Shown piece after piece: positions 62,131 through 64,000 of a stretch of DNA of 64,000 nucleotides. Both the position numbers and the translations under genes were made by a program. Origin of the DNA: Dicyema japonicum (Eukaryota; Animalia; Dicyemida). The notes under the pieces are model-generated. The model was not told where the DNA came from. It was given only the letters and a program-made list of their open reading frames with translations, and did no database searches. Numbering within the stretch: position 1 is the stretch's first letter; each line of letters opens with the position of its first letter. Location: the NCBI GenBank assembly GCA_011109175.1, contig RDEW01000035.1, forward strand, positions 510,902 through 574,901. The letters are read 5' to 3'.

Positions 62131-62209
62131 CGTTTGAGTACATCGATGTTTGTTATTTTGGAAGTTTAAGGGATTCTTAGTAACCTCCAGCACCACAGTT
62201 CAAATGACG

Positions 62210-62400
62210 GCCAAGTCAAGAGACACTAAATAAAAAAATTCGTCAATATAATATTCAATATTTAAAATATGGTTTTATCACATCTCCTAATGATGAAAGA
62301 CGACCTTTTTGTTTATTATGGTCAAAGTCATTTTCTAACGAGGCTATGAAGCCTTCTAGATTCAGTCAGCATTTACGAAGGGTTCTTATATTTTACTAAA
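62210..62400 (+). mobile_element. Buster-type transposase N-terminal remnant
   Basis: RQYNIQYLKYGFI...RPFCLL...SNEAMKPSR. Confidence 0.8.
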
Positions 62401-62505
62401 ATATAGGTCCATTCAACTAACTCCAACCAGGACGTTTTTCCAAAAGTTTCTGGGGAAACAAAAAATCAACGGAGCCTGGAGAAATTATTCTCCAGTATGC
62501 AATAG

Positions 62506-62665
62506 TAAATGGTTTATTAGTATTATATATACTACATTCCAATATTAAATGGTTTATTAGTATTATATATACTACATTCCAATATTAAATGGTTTATTAG
62601 GAGAAATTATTCCATTATCTGTTTCATGCTGTTTTCTTCATGCTGTTTTCTTCATGCTGTTTCTG
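62506..62665. repeat. Short tandem duplications (40-nt unit x2.4; 15-nt unit x3)
   Basis: taaatggtttattagtattatatatactacattccaatat repeated; ttcatgctgttttc repeated. Confidence 0.85.
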
Positions 62666-62689
62666 CCTAATATTCAAACGTCGACGTAA

Positions 62690-63721
62690 TATTTTTTCCA
62701 AAAAAACACAACTTCCTTAATTCAGCCATGTGACCAAGGATAATACAAGCATTTAAGAATCATTTCAATAATTGGATGATGAAAACGATTATCTATGATA
62801 AAAATCCTGTAGCTCAAATAGATGAAGCAATAAAGGGAATCACAATATTGGACGCTATTTCATGTTCGAAATTGGCATGGGCGAGATTACGGAAACTTCA
62901 ATACGAGATTGTTTTGAAAAGGCTTTGGAATATGACTGTCGGGAAAAAGAGGACACCGGAGAAAGTCTATTTGATTTGGATATTGTGGAGAATGCGATTT
63001 TGGATAGCTTCTGGGATGATAATAGTGATGAAGAGGACTGCAGCGAACACTTTCTGGAACATTTGGATGATCAGCAAGTTATAAAAAAATGCGGAATGCG
63101 AATTCACAATGCTGCTAAATGTTATTAAGCAAGAGACTCTGAAAAATGTCTTTGATCTATACAGATTCAAAGCAAATATTATAAGTTCGATTCGAAAAAA
63201 TACAAAACACTCGATTAAAATTAACAGATTTTTTATTAAAAAATAAAAATTGTAATTATCCGTCTTGGTTATATTATTAAGGATAATAATATGCTGCCAT
63301 GTGGTGTTTCGTGGCTAAGTGTTGAAGTTTATGTTTGTTCGTCTGTTCCTCCTCTCTCTTCCTATCAGAGTGGCGTCATGTGATCCACCTGTCTAGGTGC
63401 CGCCCAGTGCCAGGCTGGCATGAAAAAGGATCATTTGCTTTTCCCCACTCCACTGGAGGGGTTTCCACAACTGCAACTATGGATGTCTTTTTCCTTTTTT
63501 GCTGATTCTGGATGGACTCTGTAAAAGTGGAAACTGGATACACTTAATTAGTTGTTTACTTTAACTTCTTTCTCGGTGTATCCGGGGTTAATAAATAAAA
63601 AAATAAATAATGATAATTAAGGTAAGACATTGAACAGGGGAGACCCAAATTTAAGGAAAACCCTTTTTTTTGGGAAAACCTCAAAATTGGGAACAAATTT
63701 CCCCAATTCGGGGTCGCACTG
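62690..63721 (+). mobile_element. Second pogo/Tigger remnant with solo right TIR
   Basis: IQPCDQG and ITILDAI...AW remnants. TIR ccccaattcggggtcgcactg followed by TA at 63722-63723. Confidence 0.75.
63290..63612 (+). mobile_element. Short non-autonomous element (SINE-like) inserted in the pogo remnant
   Basis: Structured motif at 63368-63433. 3' hairpin ggatacac...gtgtatcc, then gggg and a taataaataaa tail. Confidence 0.85.
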
Positions 63722-63779
63722 TACCATAAATTCATGAAGTACTAAAAACAGTAATGCACCAACCTTTCCAGAATATTAT

Positions 63780-64000
63780 TAAGTCGATTTCGCTTAGCAA
63801 CAATACGATACAGAGACGTATGATATGGCTTTCGATGTGGAAAACGATCTTTGTTTAATACAGACAAGTACGGAATTCAGTCTACAATTAGAAGAGTCAA
63901 TACTTCCTGGAAATGACTCATTATTGCTTGCATATGTACGTTTTATCAAGGATGGTCGAATTATGCAGGAATTACTTGTTCTCGAAAGCTTAAAATTGAT
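63780..64000 (+). mobile_element. Buster-type transposase DDE-region remnant (runs off the window)
   Basis: ISLSNNT.QRR...FSLQLEES...LLLAYVRFI...QELL. Confidence 0.8.

Overview
AT-rich animal nuclear DNA, not prokaryotic. Host genes are compact, highly divergent and interrupted by tiny GT-AG introns of about 20-28 nt. They include Max-like bHLH-ZIP, Chibby, AMP deaminase, group-I PAK kinase, ICMT/Ste14, a single-PDZ NHERF-like protein, DUS2, a ZNHIT3-like C-terminal domain protein, a La-motif (LARP4-like) protein, a UBL-UBA protein, TOLLIP, stonin and several unidentified genes. Metazoan genes with such short introns, plus a basal-body gene, suggest a dicyemid-like parasite; this is inference, and a myxozoan is the main alternative. 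The space between genes is filled with decayed mobile elements: Buster/hAT and pogo/Tigger DNA transposons, a MITE, RTE, R4-like, CRE-like and CR1-like LINEs, a tRNA-derived SINE, and rRNA fragments. The most notable feature is an Ingi/Vingi-like LINE family with short non-autonomous derivatives. Its copies share (i) a 5' motif with an HDV-like nested double-pseudoknot topology and compensatory changes in P2 across about 10 copies, (ii) a 2A-like peptide (GDVEENPGP) just before the AP endonuclease, and (iii) a covarying 3' terminal hairpin. Together these resemble the trypanosome L1Tc design, here in an animal genome. Several host genes have single-base indels in homopolymer runs, probably assembly errors. 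TE-remnant boundaries are approximate and all homology calls were made by eye.
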